DNA of 63,978 bases, filler included, from Octopus bimaculoides (GCF_001194135.2; 5 parts of 4 records of this genome joined end to end with filler, not necessarily neighbours in it); one strand, 5' to 3'. Numbered from the whole stretch's first letter, positions 35,773-49,327 are shown. Program-made: numbers and translations. The notes: generated from the letters alone by a model not told the origin.

Positions 35773-37773
35773 TCACGCCTACATATTAATCAGGAAAATA
35801 TAAACGTTTCTTTTTTTATTTCAGAAAACTAAATTTTCGGTGGAAACTCTTCAACAGCGAAAGATTTCACCGAAGACGACAACACCACAATTACCAATAT
35901 AGAGTGGGGTTCGTTAATTTAGTAACATAATTCATCCAGTGACATAGGTGTCTCTAAATAAATTGTATGCCACAAGGAACTCTCTAAAATACGATACACA
36001 ATTACATAACAAGAAGAGTATATTTCAGTTCCAAAAACGACAGTGACACACAGGATATAAATTCAGAACAAGGAAATTAAAATATGAAAATAATTGAGAA
36101 TGAAGTTCATAAAACAACTTAAATGTAGCATCATTGAAAACCAGAATTACCAGCACCAGTTGCTCTCAGCGAGACCATAGCTCACTGCAGGCCGATGAAA
36201 CATATAACGTGACAATAAATCGTTTTCAAAAATAACCTTCAGCATTAACGCAACGAGGTTGTGAACAGCCTTGTATAAACTCTGATTAATATTCAAAATC
36301 CGGTTTATATTCAAAGACATTCCAACCCTAACCATGTCATTTCAGTTTAGTGTATCCAAGAATACGTTATGCATTATATCCTTCTTTATAAACATAGTTG
36401 CAATAGCTGACGGCATTTTGGTTGATTTTTCTCGAAGAAACACGTAGAGGATACCTAATTGAGTCCTTGAATGAACTTATGTAACAATGGTACGTAGAAG
36501 AAAATGTTTATGTTAGCAACGCCGAGAGCATCCGTTATCGTCTACTCCCTGACATTAGATATTTCCCCACCGCGACTTCCTCTCGTCTCGGCATTTATGC
36601 TTTTTACCGGTTATTATTTTGTAATGTATCATTTGTGTAGAGTATTTGTTATGTTATGAGTTATATCTCAGTTACGTTCTTTACATTACAATGTAACCAT
36701 ATCTTATATCTGGCGCTGCTACTTGTTAACGATAATAATGATAATTTTACTGTATAAATGAGTCTTTTGAAATGTTTTGACTGTCAGGATATTCATTTCT
36801 CATTTATATTCACCTGCATTTGACTTACACTTATACATTCATTAGCAGAACATAGAGTTCTCAAGTTCCTCTTTTGACTCTCCTCTATGAAATTCGAAAT
36901 TATTTACTTCCCTTCAAAATATATTTCATTTCACTGCCAATATTTCGTAATGTTCCCATCCGAATGACATGTTAATGTCTCTTCTTAAATGTTTAACGAT
37001 GCTAATGATAGTTAACAATTCTAAGGATAATCATAAATTGAAGGAAATTTGCAGCACATCACTTTAGTTCATCAATGAAGTTGAGATTGTTGACGAGCTT
37101 CATCCTACTTATCTAAATTACATTTATCATTAGCGAACTCAAATGCAACATAGAAGACAGTGTTAACCTATCAATTTGGAATATCATTTTAGATATCCCT
37201 GTGAGATTTAAACTTATTTATGGCATACCTAAATATTGTGCGTATTGCCTTACACATTTTCTTTTCATTTTAAAGAAGTGCATCATATTAGGAACAAACC
37301 TGTGTACTCTGTATTTTTGATGAACCAGCCACGAGAGACTTATTAAAGTACATTTCAGTTGGGCTTTCTGACTTCCATCACAACACTAAATCACGGTGGG
37401 GGAGACGGTCACCATCTTAATTTCAAATATAAACTATATGTCTACGAGAACATTTTCAAGTTTTTATTCTTTTTTTAAAGGTGTGTAGGATTCCTAGTGG
37501 ATTGACCTACTAGTTTTAACAGGCAGAGAAACGTCATAGATGCACATATGCAAGCCCATCTTAATGGCAAATGTGAGCAAAGCTCATAATGTCTCCAAAA
37601 GTAAAACTTCAAGTAGACTACGATCAAAGAAGGAATGCTGAACGTAAACAAGGGAAGATTGAAAACATGTCACTCCCCAGAATAATTAGTTGCGAAGTAT
37701 TTAAAGCAACCTTAATCCAATAAAACAAGATCAGTCATAACAATTACTTAGACTCCAAGACTATTTTATAAAA

Positions 37774-38616
37774 TACGCGTTACGTTTAAAAATTATCTGA
37801 ATTTACTTATTCTGTCAAAGCTAATGTTATGTGGGCAAAATCCACTCTGTAGGAGATGCCGCCGCACTTCCTGCGCATGTATGTTCATTTTAGCAGGATT
37901 TTCGTCTGATTCTCGTTTTAATTGAAGATGACCCAGCGCGTCAAGCAGAAACATATTGCATGATGATATTCTGGCTCAAACCACCCAGAAGATTCTGCAG
38001 GCCTTAGGCGATGTCTCCATCGGGAAATCTCAAATAAAGGAGTGGTAGAACCTCTGCAAAAATTGGCAGTGGAGAGTATGACACGCCGAGGCAAACAACC
38101 ATCCACAAGTGAAAACGAGGGACTAACGGAAAAGGTTTGGCGAAAAGTCATGGAAGACCATCGTATAACACTTCAGGAAAATACTCGCGACTAAAGACAT
38201 GACCAGTGCATTCCATTTTAACAGAATTTGTGCATACAGTAAGTGTCGGCTTAACATTTATGTCCGATACTTTTTGAACGTACAGCATAATCTAAGCTTT
38301 CCTAGTAAAGAACAACAAAGCACTTGCTCGCATCCTACTCTCTCGGCAAAGAATTGCGGGACTTCTGGCTCTTCTATAAACTGAAACCCACGCTGAAAAG
38401 GAAGAGATTTCGATCGCGAGAGGAAATGATGAGAAAAGCAAAGGCGGAGCTTCATAACACTAAAGAGAAGTCGTTGCAGAAGTTTTATCAGCAGTGGCAG
38501 AGAAGTGTACGGACTCCCAAGGTAAATAGTTTGAAGGTGATTAAATAAAATATGTGAAATGTGCAATATTGATTTTGTTATGCCCTAAAATCGGATACAT
38601 TTTAACGCACCTCGTA
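37774..38616 (+). mobile_element. Internally deleted mariner element with TIRs and transposase remnant
   Basis: TA-CGCGTTACGTTTAAAAATTATCTGA and TCGGATACATTTTAACGCACCTCG-TA termini. N-terminal MTQRVKQKHI...GKSQIKEW...VMEDHRITL and C-terminal DFWLFYKLKPTLKRKRFRSREEM...; most of the catalytic core is missing. Confidence 0.85.
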
Positions 38617-38850
38617 TGTTTACAAGTTATTTACTCCAACAGAATGACTGTATGGGACTAATAATGTGTTGTTCGGAGTTTGGGTGTTATGGCTTGAATT
38701 TTTAGTACAGTTATATCCGTCGGTATTATTGACCTATTTAGCAACAAAACTTCGTTAATGACTGTTGTTAGCCAAAGTTAACGTGCAGCAGTGATTTTCT
38801 AAATGTCATGAATCTGGAGATGTTAAAACTAAATAACGGTTGTATCACCA

Positions 38851-41800
38851 TGGAGCGAGTGCATGTGAGCAAATGGTCAAGTCCCTTGACAGAGACAAGT
38901 GAATTGGCTCTTCTTGTCTGCCAGATGGCGCTAATGTGTGGCAAACCATAAATTGAGAGGTTGGCAAACAACTTCTGTCAGCCAATCAGTGAATGTGCAG
39001 AAGACTTCGACGATACGACAGTCAGCAAACAGATATCTGTGACTGTCAGCGAACAGAGCTGCCATTCCATTTTCGTTACACACTTAGCACTCTAGACTTC
39101 TAATCTACTTGTCCAATTGTAAACTTTCCTCTGAATCCTATACATATGCGCTCACTTCGTTCAACACTTGTCAACACTCCCAAATAAATTACTATGCTTT
39201 AAAAACAAAACAGACCTTCTGACAATCATTACAGCACATACTAATTTCCACGTAATACGTAATATTGGAACATTGTTACATTTGAACACGTGACAACCTA
39301 CTTAGCTACAAATGTTTAAAATTATTAAATACATGACAACTATAAAACCGTGATACTAGGGAACCATTTCACTACTTCTGTTACAATTGGTGAAACTCGA
39401 TGTGGGAAAATTTCAACTAAAATTATTCCGCGAACAATAAAAAAGAATATACCATCAACACGGTCGGATATGTGGAATTCCTTTTTTATTTAGACTACAG
39501 GCATAAATTCGTCATCAATTCTTTACAATATGGCGAGTCGTCTTCTTCGTTGGAGCACATACAGGCAATCGAGCCGGGGCTCATTCTAACTCGTTTTCCT
39601 GCCCATCGGTTTTCATAATAACCTCATGGGAGAACTGCCAATTTGAATTTTCTGGACTCTTTAGTTCAAAACCTATATTGTGAAGATGAATCCTTCACAA
39701 CTGCCAATGTTTTCATGTGACATCCGTGTGGCATTTGAGCAAGTGGGACCCTGCTTTGGAGCAAATTGCATGAAATCCCAGCTGCAAGAGTTGCATCTTT
39801 TTTTGAACGTCATTCCTGCTGTGTTGACTCCTCAAGTCAAGGATCTTAGTACCGACACTCCAGCTAACACATCTTACGATTCTATGAAGGCTTAAATTCT
39901 GCATTGTACATCCCTCTCAGCTGAGAGGCGCTTGAAGACGCTTGTGAGTGAGGAGCAGCTTGGTGACAGAACGCCATTTCATTTTCTACTTTGCATTAGA
40001 GGGCTCACCGAAGAGGTATCTGAAGGCTCTTCTTTAATAAAACAGATTTTGTTTTCTCATCTGACTGCTAAAGTTCAGGCTATCCTAGCTAACATGGTGG
40101 AGGTTAAGTCGGTCGGCCAGTTAGCCTCAGCAGCAGATAAGATTCTAGAATACACTAACAAGACCGTGGCTAACATTGCTACTGTTTCTTCCTCTTCTAC
40201 TTCTGCGACAGTAGCAGGTTCACCTCTGTAACAGGCAGGATTCGGCTCAGACAGCGACACTTCAGGCCATCCTGGACGTAACCAGGCAACTTAAAAAATT
40301 ATGTGCTAGTCAGAGCTCTCCACGTCGGGGGCAGTTCAGTCGGTCATCTTCGCTGAGACGACGTCCTTCTCTGGCCCATTCTTCTCGTTCAAGGTACTGT
40401 CAGTACCATTACCGCTTTGGACAGGCCGCGCGGAATAGTAATCCTACTTGTTCCTTTCAGAGAAAACCCGTGCAGGGTAACTGAGCACCCCTCCCCCGTA
40501 CATTCCATTAATCGTGCATTTTTCATCACGGATTTGGCTTCACGGGAACATTGTTTGATTGACACAAGAGCCGGTTGTAGCATTTGGCCGCTAAAACTTT
40601 CAAGGACAAACCGCTACGTCCGTCAATTAGTCTGCACTCTTGTCATTGAATCTGAATCTTCGCAGAAACTTTGCAGGGATTTTCGTCGTCGCGGATCTAC
40701 CATATCCAACACGACTGGGCACTGATTTCTTGCACTACGTTAATCTCTTGGTGGATATGCGTGCAGGTCGATTGTTAGACAAAACTACGGAATTCCAGCA
40801 TATGCTGTAGTTAGGAATTATAATACTTTCTACCAGCCCGTGGGCTAGTCCCTAATATTTGATTCCAAAAAACTCTGGAGATTGGCGTCCTACTGGAGGT
40901 TTTCGAAAACTAAATTCCATTACTGCTCCGAATCGATTTCGAATTTTGCACAAACAAGATTTCGCTTCTTCGCTCCACGTACCATCTTCTCAAAATTGGA
41001 CCTGATGAAAGCTTACCACTAAATTTCAGTATACCCAGTGGATATATCGAGGACTGCTGTTACCAGGCCTTTTTGAGTGGATTATCAAATGCAGCTAGCA
41101 CAAAATGCAACTACGAAATGCAGCTAGTGTTTGTTTTATGGATGAGGCCGTCCGTGATCTAGACTTCGTATATGCTTATATTGACGACATCCTTGTCGCG
41201 AGGTCTTTCCCGGAGGAACATGTAACTTACCTGCTCCTGTTCTTCGAGCGTTTTAAGAAATGCCAAGTTCGCATCAACCCTGCGAGGTGTGCTTTTGGTG
41301 CTTCATCACTCGTCTTTTTGGACCACGTCATCAATGTTGTGCTTTTTTCACTTTTGCTTTTTGCGTTTTTGCTTTGCATGTTTTCCCTCTTTCTTTGTTC
41401 AACATGTTTTTCAAAAATTGTGAATGTTGTTCTATCTCGATTTTGCTGCATTGCCTATCTGCTGCATTGTATTCCAGTTTGTGGAGGACTAATGCAGCAA
41501 GTACATACCAGCAAATGTTCACGTCTCTTGATAGAGATAAGTGAGTTGGCTCTTTTTGTTTGCCAGAGAGCGCTAAGTGTGACAAGTCATAAATTGAGAG
41601 GTGGACAAACAATTTCAGTCAGCCAGTCAGTCAGTCTGCAGAATACTTCGACGCTACGACCGTCAGCAAACAAATCTCCGTTACTGTCACCGAACAGAGA
41701 TGCCTGTTCGTTTTCGTTATATCCTTAGCCCTCTAAACTACTAATCTACACAAACAATTGAGAGTTTTTATGGTTTCCTTCTGACTCATACATATATGCG

Positions 41801-42020
41801 TTCACTTTGTTCAGTATTTGTCAACACTCGCAAAAAAATGATGCTTTAAAAACAAAACAGAACTTCTGACCTTTATTTCTACGCATACTAATGTCAACGC
41901 TCTATTGGAACATTGTTACATTTGAACATACGACAACCTACTTTGCTTAGATTATTTAAAATTATTAAATAAGTGACAACTCGAAAACTGTGATACTGGT
42001 GAACCAGTTCACTACTTTTG
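38851..42020 (+). mobile_element. Decayed Ty3/Gypsy LTR retrotransposon (gag-PR-RT, truncated) between ~530-bp direct repeats
   Basis: Direct repeats 38851-39380 and 41493-42020; PBS-like TGGTGAAACTCGATGTG at 39388-39404. gag ...RRLKTLVSEEQLGDRTP...QLASAADKILE; protease CLIDTRAGCSIWP; RT PWASP...DWRPTGGFRKLN...SKLDLMKAYH...RNAAS..FMD...AYIDDILVA...INPARCAFG...FLDHVI. Confidence 0.9.
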
Positions 42021-42369
42021 CGAGCCTATATATTTTTTTGTGATTCTGAGTGTGGGTCTGGTTTTGCGAGCCTATGCATATTTTGTGATTTGCCCGTCTT
42101 CCAAACACAACTCCTTATTTTTTTCTTTTAAAATAATTCTATTAGTTAGTACTAGTTCTAGTACATATTTTTCAAGAGGAGTTCAGAATAAAAATCGAAT
42201 ACGATACCTTACACTATATGGATAAAAAAACTCTTCTGTCATGAATGACGATGGCATTTCACCCTGAAATCACCCCCCTGCCGACCCCCAAACCTATGCG
42301 AGATTGTTTATAGAAGAGCATCAGTCACCTATACATACCAGCCTTCCTTCTCCACAAATATTATTCAAG

Positions 42370-42578
42370 AGAAAGGCCAAAGGTGAAACAGCTGGCACCA
42401 GTGACCTCGCAATTAATTTCTACAGCTCCGTAAACTAGAGTAACGTGAAATAAAGGGTTTTGCTCAGGAACACAACACAACACAACACAACACAACGCAC
42501 AGACCCGGTTCAGGAATCGAACTCACTACTGCATGATTGTGAACCCGGAGCTATAACCACTGACCCCATGTGCCTTAC
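42370..42578 (-). mobile_element. tRNA-headed SINE (family C-like) with internal (CAACA)n
   Basis: Minus-strand head AGGCACATGGGGTCAGTGGTTATAGCTCC...GAGTTCGATTCCTGAACCGGG. Confidence 0.7.
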
Positions 42579-44271
42579 ACAATATAAGAATGCGTATTCG
42601 GATAAAATATGATTTTTAGAAATATCAAACAGTTCATTATAATTTCTGAAAATATTTACATAAGTCCACACAAGCATTTCCTTATCATTTATCGTCGGAT
42701 GTCTTGATTCTGAATGTATTCAAAAGACCAGTTAAAATTCCAGTCCAGAAACTTTATTCCTCTACTATAATCACTAACCATTGTTTCTCCAATAAACCAT
42801 GGCCTCATCTAGAATTAGAAAGACTTGTTATATCATTAATAACATTATATCCGGGAGGTTTTGTGGGTATTTTTTTTTATTTTGGCATTGTATGTTTTTA
42901 TTTTATTTCTAATGAATCCAAACTGAAGCAATAATTAACTACATAAATAAATACGATTGGCAGAGTTAAGAAAAACTTTCGTTCACTCTAAAGATTGCAT
43001 TACCTGAAAATTGTTTCGCTAAACATGAGATATGATCACATAAGTATCAAATACGGGACATGCTGAGAAAAGCATTATTTTATTGTTTCTATGGGTAATT
43101 AATGTGTTATTTATTACTTGGAATATTAAGTTACTCAGCTGTTTAAACTTTATTTTTCGTAATACGTTATTTAACGATGCAATGCTTCTCACATACAGGT
43201 AAGTAGCGGATGGATATACATAAGTGTGAGTACATTCCTGAGTACATCATTCTTTCTGATATTTATTGTATATATTTTAACATAAAAGATATGGAAAAAA
43301 ACATTTATAATATATATATAATGATAGACATTAGTTTATGTATATTATATAGGCTAGCGTTGGCTGAGATCAAGTTCGACTCGCCCATTGTGGTACAGTG
43401 CTGTTCTTATATTATTCTGAAATATATGTATCATCAGCTGAAGGTGAATTATGCTATAATACACTCATTAAGCTATTAAAGAAATTGTTTAAATATATGC
43501 TTATATACATACATACATACATACATACATACAAACACATATATATTTGACATACATTCATACATACATACATACATACATATATATTTGACACCCAAAT
43601 TACAGGTAATCTTTCAACTTATATAAGCCAAAAAAGATAGAAAAAAGATTAAAAATATGAAGACAGTAATACGAGTGAACACACCTGTCGGGGATTTTTC
43701 CCCGCTTATGAGATGCGTACACATCGATGGGGAAAGCCACCATGTGTTGAGAGACGTGTAAGTTGGATGTTGGACCTTGGAGTGTGAAAGTACTGACTGA
43801 TTCGCTACCTCCAGTCAATGATTAGACTGTGTTGAACAAACTTGAGGTTGTGCGTTGACTATTTTCTTTGGAAAAATATGTTTCAGAAAAAAGAGAAAAA
43901 GAAACTCAAACTATAAACGTTTTTTAAAGAAAGAGTTCAATGAGGCCACTTGGGTTGTGGGGCTCGACTGGCTGTAATTTTAGATCATTTTTCATCCGTT
44001 TTTTTTTTCTCCACTTTCTGTTTTGGTATGTCCTGGTATTGCCCCCTCTATATTTCGACCCTCTGTGATTAGTAAAGAATAAATTCGAAATTTGGGCGCC
44101 TTGGAGGTTTGACGTATTTTGTTTATTACATTTGTTGAAATGATGTTGAACTGTAATTGTTAAATTAATTGTTGTTGTTATTGTTGTAAAGAAAGTGTTT
44201 ATTTCTGCGTTATCGCAGTTAGTTGATGCCTCCACCCCTTCACTGAAGGGGGAACCTACATTTGTATTATT

Positions 44272-45475
44272 TTGATTGATTTCAAAATGAGCGATTCTTC
44301 AGACGAGGAAGTTGATAGATATGCCAGTGTTTTGGCGGAGGTGTTGAACACCAAAGCAAGCAGAAATGAGGAGGGAGACAAGATTAATGAAACCGAAGAG
44401 CAATTGAACCAAAACGAAACTGAAATGAAACTGAAACAAACTGTAACAATGTCGAACCAATCAGGAAACCAAACTGAAAGTCAGACAAGGTCAAATCAAA
44501 CTGGGCTCTATTTGGGCGGTGAGCGGGTAGGGTCTCCGTTCGTCAAACTGATACTTCCCAGGTTCACATCTTTCGGTGAACTGGAACTGTGGATCAAGCG
44601 TAGACCAAGGCTGGGAGCTTGGCAAGTAAAGTGCCGGCAGACGCGCGTGCTTCTGTTCGGTACGAATTTATAGAGGGTTGGTAGAGGACAAGTGGTACAT
44701 GGCCTGAGGTAGACTCTGGGCTTCGTTGACGGTAACTTGCCAACTTGCACCGCAGAGTATTCGCGCCAGGGCCTATGGATAACATCCAAAGGTCCCTGGC
44801 TGGCAGTTTTTTGAAGGTGCCTTACGAGGTCGTGATAAACTCTCCAGGCATGGTGCCTACGTGTCCACGATGCGAGCAGAGCAATGAAATTTTTCAGCAC
44901 GCAGTCGTGCTCTGGGATCTGTGCGTTTACACTGAACAACTGCTGTCACAACTAGGAAGGGAACAACTCTCAAGCGTACCGACCATCAAGATCGATCCGC
45001 CGCCTTCCCTAAACAGAGAAGAGCAAGCCTGTTTTCTAGCCGTAATGGCTGTAACGAAAGAGGTGGTATGGAAGACGCGTGTGAAAGGTTATTATGGCAG
45101 ACACCTTCATTTCTTGCTGTGCTTTGGTAAACTTCTTTGTATTTCGCCTGAGGAGAAAAGTACGGCTGGAGAGGAGATACCTGCCATCCAGCGAGTATAG
45201 TAAAAGATGGTAGAAAGTGGTTCGAATGCTGGGTGTGAAAGGGCCTGGTTCAGCTAGAATGTTAAAGGATGCTAAAACAGTTCAGCATAGGAATGTGGTT
45301 GGAAGGGACGAACCGAATCCATGCACCTGGTTGTTATCTCATTCGAAATTTATATTGTCATATATTTTTTAATGTGTACTCATGACTTGTTGGTTCATTC
45401 GTTTAAGTCCCAAGCCCCTTGGTTGTCCTGTATTGTCCCTTCTATCTCGCATTTGTATAGTTTTTGAAAAATAAA
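44272..45475 (+). mobile_element. Internally deleted L1/Tx1-type LINE: ORF1-like N-terminus joined to ORF2 C-terminus and 3' UTR
   Basis: ORF2 C-terminal zinc-finger region PGPMDNIQRSL...VPTCPRCEQSNEIFQHAV..LW...EQLLS...FLAVMAVTKEVVWKTRVKG. Acidic N-terminus MSDSSDEE... assigned to ORF1 by inference. AATAAA at the 3' end (about 45470). Confidence 0.7.
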
Positions 45476-45498
45476 TTCGCAATTTGGACGCATCCGAT

Positions 45499-46052
45499 AT
45501 GACCAGATTGTCACCAGCGCAGAGAGAACAAGCTATCGGCCGACTGCAGGCAGATTAACGTGCCCTGTTTGTTGCGAATGTCCATGTCAGCACCATCTAT
45601 TGCCTGTAACAGCGATATTATAACAACAGCAACAGCACTGCAGACTGTGCCCGCAGAGACCATCACCGGGTGACCGCGCCCAGGTAGGACCGCTTCATCC
45701 ACCTGCAACACTTCCGTGATCGCTTCATACCGGCCAACGTGACAGCTCGCGAGACGATTGGCACTAGACAGTGACACATCGGTGACGACACGGTACGACG
45801 TCGACTGGCCGCCAACAACCTTTGTTACTGTCGTCCCGCTCGTGGGCCTGTCCTCACCACCTGCCACCGTTAGACACAACTACAATGGGTTACACACTAC
45901 CGACATTGGCCGCATGAACAATGGAGGTCGATAGTCTTCTCTGACGAGAGCCAGTACTGCGTTTCCACCATGGAAGGCAGAGTAAGGGAGCGGTGAACGC
46001 TGCCGAGATGCATGTGTCATGGACAGAGACGCGTGGGGGTAGCCAACGCATC
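45499..46052 (+). pseudogene. Tc1-family transposase N-terminal half (stops, 3'-truncated)
   Basis: MTRLSPAQREQAIGRLQA...NVHVSTIY.L.QRY...DRFIHLQHFRDRF..A..TA...TVRRRL....CRPARGPVLT..HR...W...W..IVFSDES...IMVW. Confidence 0.92.
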
Positions 46053-46104
46053 ATGGTTTGGGATGCTTTAGGTTAGAATCAGAGAAAGTATTATTATTAT
46101 AATT

Positions 46105-46370
46105 AAGAACGCATCGAACTGGCAGACTAGTAATTTGAATGCTTAGTGGGTTGAATGCTTAGCGGGTTGAATGCTTAGAGGGCTGAATGCTTAGCGGTAT
46201 TTCTCCCGACTTTATGATCTGAGTTCAAACTCCGCTGAGGTCACCTTTGTCTTTCATCCTATCGGGATCGATAAATTAATTACCAGTTGAGCACTGAGGC
46301 CGATGTAATCGAGTAGCACTCTCACCTCAAATGTCAGGCCTTATCTCTATAGTAGAAAAGATTACTATTA
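46105..46370 (+). mobile_element. SINE family B with internal 16-bp tandem amplification (46135-46198)
   Basis: TTGAATGCTTAG(T/C/A)GGG x4, followed by the family B body. Confidence 0.8.
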
Positions 46371-48601
46371 TCATTATTCTTTATTTCAGCTGAAATTTGA
46401 ATAACGTAAACTTTCCAAAACATAGTGTGAATATATTTTGCGTAAAGTTTTCTTGTTACAGATTACAAACAGGGCACTTTTCCCCGCTATGTTTCCATAT
46501 TATGATATATAAATACCAAAGTGGAAAACTGATACATTGAAATATTTTCTCTTATCTGGAAATTGATATTTATATTCAGCACACTAACCTTTTGAATATA
46601 GAGAATTTTAATAGCCAATTTAAATTTCACGCATGTTTCGCATAACATCTATAATCCAGCCTTATCCTAAGACTTTAAAACAATTGTTTAACATATTAGT
46701 TCAAAATACATCGAAGCTTCATCGAGCCGAGGCTTTTGAAAGAAGATGCAATATAAAACAGCGTCCCCAGAAATAAATACAGAATATTTTGGCTGCATAA
46801 TCTTATTATGACCTCTCAACATTCATTCCTTTGCAACTTTACCGTAATTACCACGAGTGCATGTGGGATACATAGTCTGTCAATAACGTGTTAAATGATG
46901 GCAAAGTGCTTGAACAGTATGGACTGCTAGCACCAATAAAAAAAGTACCTGCAACCTTCACTTAAGACATATTTTAGCAACATGCTATGACATTCAATAT
47001 AAAGAATGGTATGTCCCCCACCAAACAAATTATTCTTGGCTCCAAATGAGGAAAAGCTTATTCCAGGATCAACCAATTGGAGACATCTAATACGAGAAGT
47101 AAAGGTTTCTATACTGTTTCAAGTGAATCAGTTACATCAGATTAATTTTGGCCAAAAGTTCGTTCCTCCAATCACGTTCCTACTGTTGTGGTTTTAAATA
47201 GAATTATAAGATATGCTTTCAAATGTAGATGGGCTGATCATTTTCCTTTAAAGCTACCACTGTACTTTGTGAGCAGTTTCAGTTCTGTGGTTGATATCGG
47301 TAAAAGGACTAGGCAGACACACTATAAAACGGGCCAAATTGTGTGTATAAAATAGGTACAAACTATCTCCCAGTTTTACTTGGAGGTAACACTAACATCA
47401 TCGGCCGAGTCACTGTCTTGTTCTCTGAAAATTTAGGAACACATTGTCAGTGATTTAACCGAGAAAACTTGTAGCTGGACTTGAGAAAATGCTTAAAAGA
47501 AACATATACCAATACGAAAGGAAAACGATCATCATTCAACCGCATTATCCAATTGGATTTACTTTTAGTACAAATAACGCCTTAGCCCACACAAAATTTT
47601 ACTTGAGTTAGTGGATGCATCCAACTATCTACAAACACTGAGTTCCAACAGATACAAATAATGTTATCTCGAAACCGAAACGCTACTGTATAAAACAGTT
47701 CAATTTTCTTCCATATTATATGCTGCATATCGTTTAACATTGTGAGACAAAATACAATGTAATATATGAGAACATTTAGTCAGGTCATAACATGAAAGAT
47801 ATGAATAAACACTACTTCAAAATCTTCACATGATCTTAGAGACCAAGCAAACATTGGGAAATCCAACGTTAGACAGGTATATACTTTACAATAGAGATAA
47901 ACATAAATATAATTGCATAGGGAAGTTCTTCATAAGACTTGCTACTAAGTCATTTAAGTTCAACAATTTGTTTTCACTTACGAACCCAGCAACCACGCTA
48001 ATCCAGATAACTCCACCGGCGTATAAAGCCATATTACATGTGATGTGCCTATAGGTGTATGAAAACGTGTTTATCCATCAATCATGCCGATCTCAATTTC
48101 TGAAGCAATTAATATATGCGTCCAACTTTCTCCGCTTCTCTCCTTTCTTCCCTTTCCCATGTAATCCACCTGTCGGTAGTGTCTGGCAACTCATCTACTT
48201 TTCTTTCTCATTTTCGATGGAGAAAATGAGAGAGACTCAGGTACACATGCATGCGTATTGATATGTCCATATGTGTGCCTGTGTCTCTGTGTCTGTGAGT
48301 GTGAGCAATTTTCTTAAAACATTTAATGGGGAAATCTTTCAATATCTAGAATGCATTTTATATAAAAATCTCAGAAAGTTTTGAGATTAACGTTTAAGTG
48401 AAACCTGTATTCTATTGAGACTTTTACTTACATACACCTAGTTATTTGCACGTATGTGGATGTGTGTATGTGCGTGTGTGCGTGTGTGTGTGTGTACGTA
48501 TGTACATCTATGTATGCATTTATACAGACGTACATTTATATATATATATATATATTATAAGGTTTTTAACTTNNNNNNNNNNATATATGTATGTAAGTAT
48601 G

Positions 48602-48635
<34 letters not shown>

Positions 48636-48755
48636 TGTATGTATGTATGTATGTATGTATGTATGTATGCATGCATGTATGTATATATATTTATATACGT
48701 ATAAACAAGCACACACACACGTATATATAATATATGTATATATGTTTGAACATAT

Positions 48756-48945
48756 GGCAGGAGTGGCTGTGTTGTAAGTAGCTTGCTTACCAACCACATG
48801 GTTCCTGGTTCAGTCTCACTGTGTGGCTCCTTGGGCAAGTGCTTTCTACTATAGCCCCGGGCCGACCAAAAGTCTTGTGAGTGGATTTCATAGACAGAAA
48901 CTGTATGTGTTTATCCGTTCACCATCACTTGACAACCGATGTTGG
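48756..48945 (+). mobile_element. SINE family A, 5' part
   Basis: GGAGTGGCTGTGTTGTAAGTAGCTTGCTT...CCTTGGGCAAGTG...GGCCGACCAAA. Confidence 0.85.
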
Positions 48946-49162
48946 TGAGATACACACAATAATTGGTAGGNNNNNNNNNNNNNNNNNNNNNNNNNNNNNN
49001 NNNNNNNNNNNNNNTTAATTAATTAANNNNNNNNNNNNNNNNNNNNNNNNNNNNNNNNNNNNNNNNNNNNAATTTACAAAAAACAGAACAAAGAAAAAGT
49101 CGAAGACGGGTGTGTAAACAACAAACAAATGTATTAGTTTAACGCTCGGGAAGTGAGAAAGT

Positions 49163-49198
49163 CTTTTACGTTTCGAGCCTACGCTCTTCAACAGAAAG
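49163..49198 (-). ncRNA. Minimal hammerhead-like motif with variant core
   Basis: CTTT-CTGTTGA-A-GAGC-GTAG-GCTC-GAAA-CG-TA-AAAG: perfect stem I (4 bp), stem II (4 bp) and palindromic stem III ACGT; core A6 is replaced by T. Confidence 0.5.
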
Positions 49199-49212
49199 GA
49201 ACACAGAAATAA

Positions 49213-49276
<64 letters not shown>

Positions 49277-49327
49277 GGTTTAGTGGCTAGCGATCAATCA
49301 TGGCGAATATATATATGTATATATAAT

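Noticed and set aside
46850-47700. Coding-like composition with scattered open frames
   Set aside because: Multiple stops in the frames examined and no family motif recognised.
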